In this document: one piece after another, positions 36,479-38,757 of the stretch
Layout: each line of letters begins with the position of its first letter
Numbering within the stretch: position 1 is the stretch's first letter
Assembly: GCA_027050205.1 (NCBI GenBank)
Contig: JALUCS010000073.1
Span: forward strand, 1-38,757
DNA: 38,757 nt
Direction of reading: 5' to 3'
From: a candidate division WOR-3 bacterium
Lineage (GTDB): Bacteria > Hydrothermota > Hydrothermia > LBFQ01
The notes under the pieces: model-generated
Databases searched by the model: none
Told to the model about the DNA's origin: nothing
Seen by the model: the letters and a program-made list of their open reading frames with translations, nothing else
Translations under genes and position numbers: made by a program

Positions 36479-38323
36479 CTACCACTCCTTTACGACGTAC
36501 AGGTAGGCCACGGGGTAAATGAGATATACCGCCGTCGGGTCAGCTTTCGTCGTTGATATGAGGCGGTTGAAGAAGAATAGGAAGTTCCCCACACCGGCCT
36601 TGACCTTGAAACCCCTGTACTCCCACCCCTTACCGCTACCCACCATAAGCGTGGGTGTTGAGCGATTGAAGGAATACTCCAAAACGTACTTTACGCACTG
36701 ATATCTACCTCCGGGTAAGGGTTCCCACTTATCGCATCTGTAATACCACCCATAGGACGGGAGACCATCGGAAAATATGATGGTCAGGTAAGGCAGGGAT
36801 AGAGACAGGGCGTACCTCCTCTCCCATGGGGAGGCCCCACCCATACCCCTTACAAACCTGCTCCTTCCCACCGTGGCGGATACCCTGAAGTTATCCTTTG
36901 ACCTATCCGTAACCGTGAGATCAAAGCCATAGGAAAGTGCGATCGCCTTCACCGAATGCTTGAGAAAAGTTTCTGCAGACGGTTCCCCCCATTCGTCCGT
37001 TCCCCAGTTGTAGAAAAAGTACGGTGAGAACATTCCCGCATATACCTCCAGCTCGGTTACTACGAACCTGTAAAGGTTCTCCCTTCCGAAAGTTATCACA
37101 CCACCGTAAGGGTAGTCTCTGAAGTAGGACGAGGGAAAGACGGTTATGCTGCTCATGGGAAAGAAAGGGAGCGTGTACTGGTACGCGGTTGAAAGTGTGA
37201 ACCTGTAAGCCTCGTTTTCGCCCGTGAAGTACTTGAACTTCAGTCTGAACGTGGGCAGGAGTTTCTTTAACTCGTACGAGAACTTGCCCGGTCCAGATCT
37301 TGACAGGGCGAGGGTTAGCCTACCTCCTGCGTAGAGAAGCATCCTATCCGTCTCTTTCTTACCCTGCAGGAAGCCGGATACACCGAAGTACCGACTATAA
37401 AAGCTCACGAGGGATGAGAAGTTATATACGCTGTCGTATATCATCTCAAACCCACCGTACTTTAACGACAGTATTGCTCCGGTCATGGTGCGGGAGGTGT
37501 TAAACGTCCCTGATAGGGCGGAACCGAAGATTTTGGACAGGTCATAATCCGTGGAGCTCTGGACGTAGTACGCTTTCAGGCTCTTCCAGACGTTTATTGA
37601 TGCACCCATCAGGTCCGTAGTGTTGGTAAATCTACTCCTCATATCCACAAACTCGCCCGTTACCGAATCCTTTATTACCCCGCTTCTGAACCTGCTCCTG
37701 AAGTCCATCCACGAGTGGGCGTAGAGAACGTTGAGCCTGATCCTGCCCTTGAGGAAGTTCCTTATGAACGCTGCGGAGTAGTCCTCGGTCCTCCACCTCG
37801 GCTCATCACCTACCTTTACGTAGGCGGGGTTGTTGTACTGGCCAAAGAGTCCTTTGAAGAGGACGTACGTCGTCGGTACCCCAACTTGGGCCTCGTCGTA
37901 CACCGGCTCAACGTTCATGTCTATCACCCCACCCAAGAAGCCGTCGTACTCCATCGGGGCATCTCCACGGTAAACACGGGCAGAGGATATGAGATTCTCG
38001 TTTATGGGCAGAGGGGCGAGGCTGCTCAACATCATGTTGAGCAGGGGTATGCCGTTGATATACATCCTGTTGCTTGTGGGTGGTAGGCCCCTGACGCTGA
38101 AGGAGAAGCCAGCCGAAGGGAGGAGACCCCCTATCATCTGGTAGAAGTATGCTGTTCCTCCGAAGTAGCCCCTGCTTATCTGCGTCGGATAGACGAACTC
38201 GTTGATGCTGAACCTATGCCTGAAGTTCTCCTCTTCAACCGTCGTCTCTATGGGCTTGAGGACGAGGGGTCTTTTGTCCTTCGTAAGGTAGAGCGTGTCC
38301 TTTGCAAGGAACATCCACAGCAT
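36479..38323 (-). CDS. TonB-dependent-receptor-like outer-membrane protein (plug plus reduced barrel)
   Basis: Plug signature SVRG...NRMYINGIP...VYRGDAPMEYDGFLGGVIDM; beta-signal-like end YLYVVKEW. Confidence 0.65.
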   Translation of the reverse strand: MLWMFLAKDTLYLTKDKRPLVLKPIETTVEEENFRHRFSINEFVYPTQISRGYFGGTAYFYQMIGGLLPSAGFSFSVRGLPPTSNRMYINGIPLLNMMLSSLAPLPINENLISSARVYRGDAPMEYDGFLGGVIDMNVEPVYDEAQVGVPTTYVLFKGLFGQYNNPAYVKVGDEPRWRTEDYSAAFIRNFLKGRIRLNVLYAHSWMDFRSRFRSGVIKDSVTGEFVDMRSRFTNTTDLMGASINVWKSLKAYYVQSSTDYDLSKIFGSALSGTFNTSRTMTGAILSLKYGGFEMIYDSVYNFSSLVSFYSRYFGVSGFLQGKKETDRMLLYAGGRLTLALSRSGPGKFSYELKKLLPTFRLKFKYFTGENEAYRFTLSTAYQYTLPFFPMSSITVFPSSYFRDYPYGGVITFGRENLYRFVVTELEVYAGMFSPYFFYNWGTDEWGEPSAETFLKHSVKAIALSYGFDLTVTDRSKDNFRVSATVGRSRFVRGMGGASPWERRYALSLSLPYLTIIFSDGLPSYGWYYRCDKWEPLPGGRYQCVKYVLEYSFNRSTPTLMVGSGKGWEYRGFKVKAGVGNFLFFFNRLISTTKADPTAVYLIYPVAYLYVVKEW

Positions 38324-38350
38324 AGGTTAAACCGCACACGAGGTATTATA

Positions 38351-38372
38351 GGGGTGAGCCGAAGCCCACCCC
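38351..38372 (-). terminator. Hairpin with C(UUCG)G tetraloop
   Basis: Minus strand GGGGTGGGC-TTCG-GCTCACCCC, followed directly by TATAAT upstream of the TonB-like gene. Confidence 0.5.
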
Positions 38373-38395
38373 CTTTTCTATGTCTCTATGTCCTT

Positions 38396-38740
38396 TCACC
38401 AGAGCGGACGAACGTGAACGGTGTGGGGAGGGGTGATATACGTACCGAGATAACGTCCATTTGCAGAGTGATCGACCCTGCCGATGCTTAGACGGACGTT
38501 TGTGGTAAAGCTACACGATTCAAAGGTATATCCAGTTTCCATAATGTGGTGATCGCGGTCGATAGGGCGATCTCTTCTTACGTTTGGCCTGTCGCCCACT
38601 GATCCTACCCTTGGTACGTTATGTACATCTATGCTGTGTCCAATAATACTTTAGTAGGCGTATCATCCTTTTGACATTTTTCTGAATGGGTAATGGAATT
38701 ATGCGGCCAACATCAAGGCAGAAATGTACAACTTAAACAT
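38396..38740 (-). pseudogene. Pseudogene of a secreted protein
   Basis: SD GGGAG and ATG at 38740 encode the signal-like MFKLYISALMLAA, then in-frame TAA, TGA and TAA; the same frame continues into ORF 38396-38599. Confidence 0.55.
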
Positions 38741-38757
38741 TATCTCCCGTTTTATGT

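Overview
A GC-rich bacterial chromosome segment, probably from a thermophilic diderm. T9SS-type C-terminal tails, outer-membrane barrels and divergent RNA polymerase sequences suggest an FCB-related or WOR-3-like lineage (inference only). Bases 1-12.5 kb hold the core operon tRNA-Trp-rpmG-secE-nusG-rplKAJL-rpoBC. The rest mixes housekeeping genes (rdgB, rlmI-like, folE, rlmB-like, class II nrdJ, HDIG, fadD, acyl-CoA dehydrogenase) with accessory genes: secreted FG-GAP and LVIVD-type proteins, a SMI1/KNR4 protein, a CBM9/DUF5916 barrel, an ABC exporter, two DUF5618-like genes, three Uma2 nucleases, an FkbM methyltransferase and a TonB-receptor-like gene. Top candidates for novelty: (1) NusG and the RpoB N-terminus each carry a 120-135 aa insertion; the two resemble each other and the L7/L12 C-terminal domain encoded between them. 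(2) A promoter and structured 5' leader precede a 44-aa peptide with a lasso/lanthipeptide-like leader, followed by a LanT-type exporter and a barrel gene that converge on an immunity-type gene. (3) A degenerate 20-22 bp repeat field. (4) A Uma2 array with a swapped variable segment. Genome-wide signals include leaderless genes, ultra-short signal peptides and TCGA avoidance. All family assignments come from motif recognition by eye; no searches were run.
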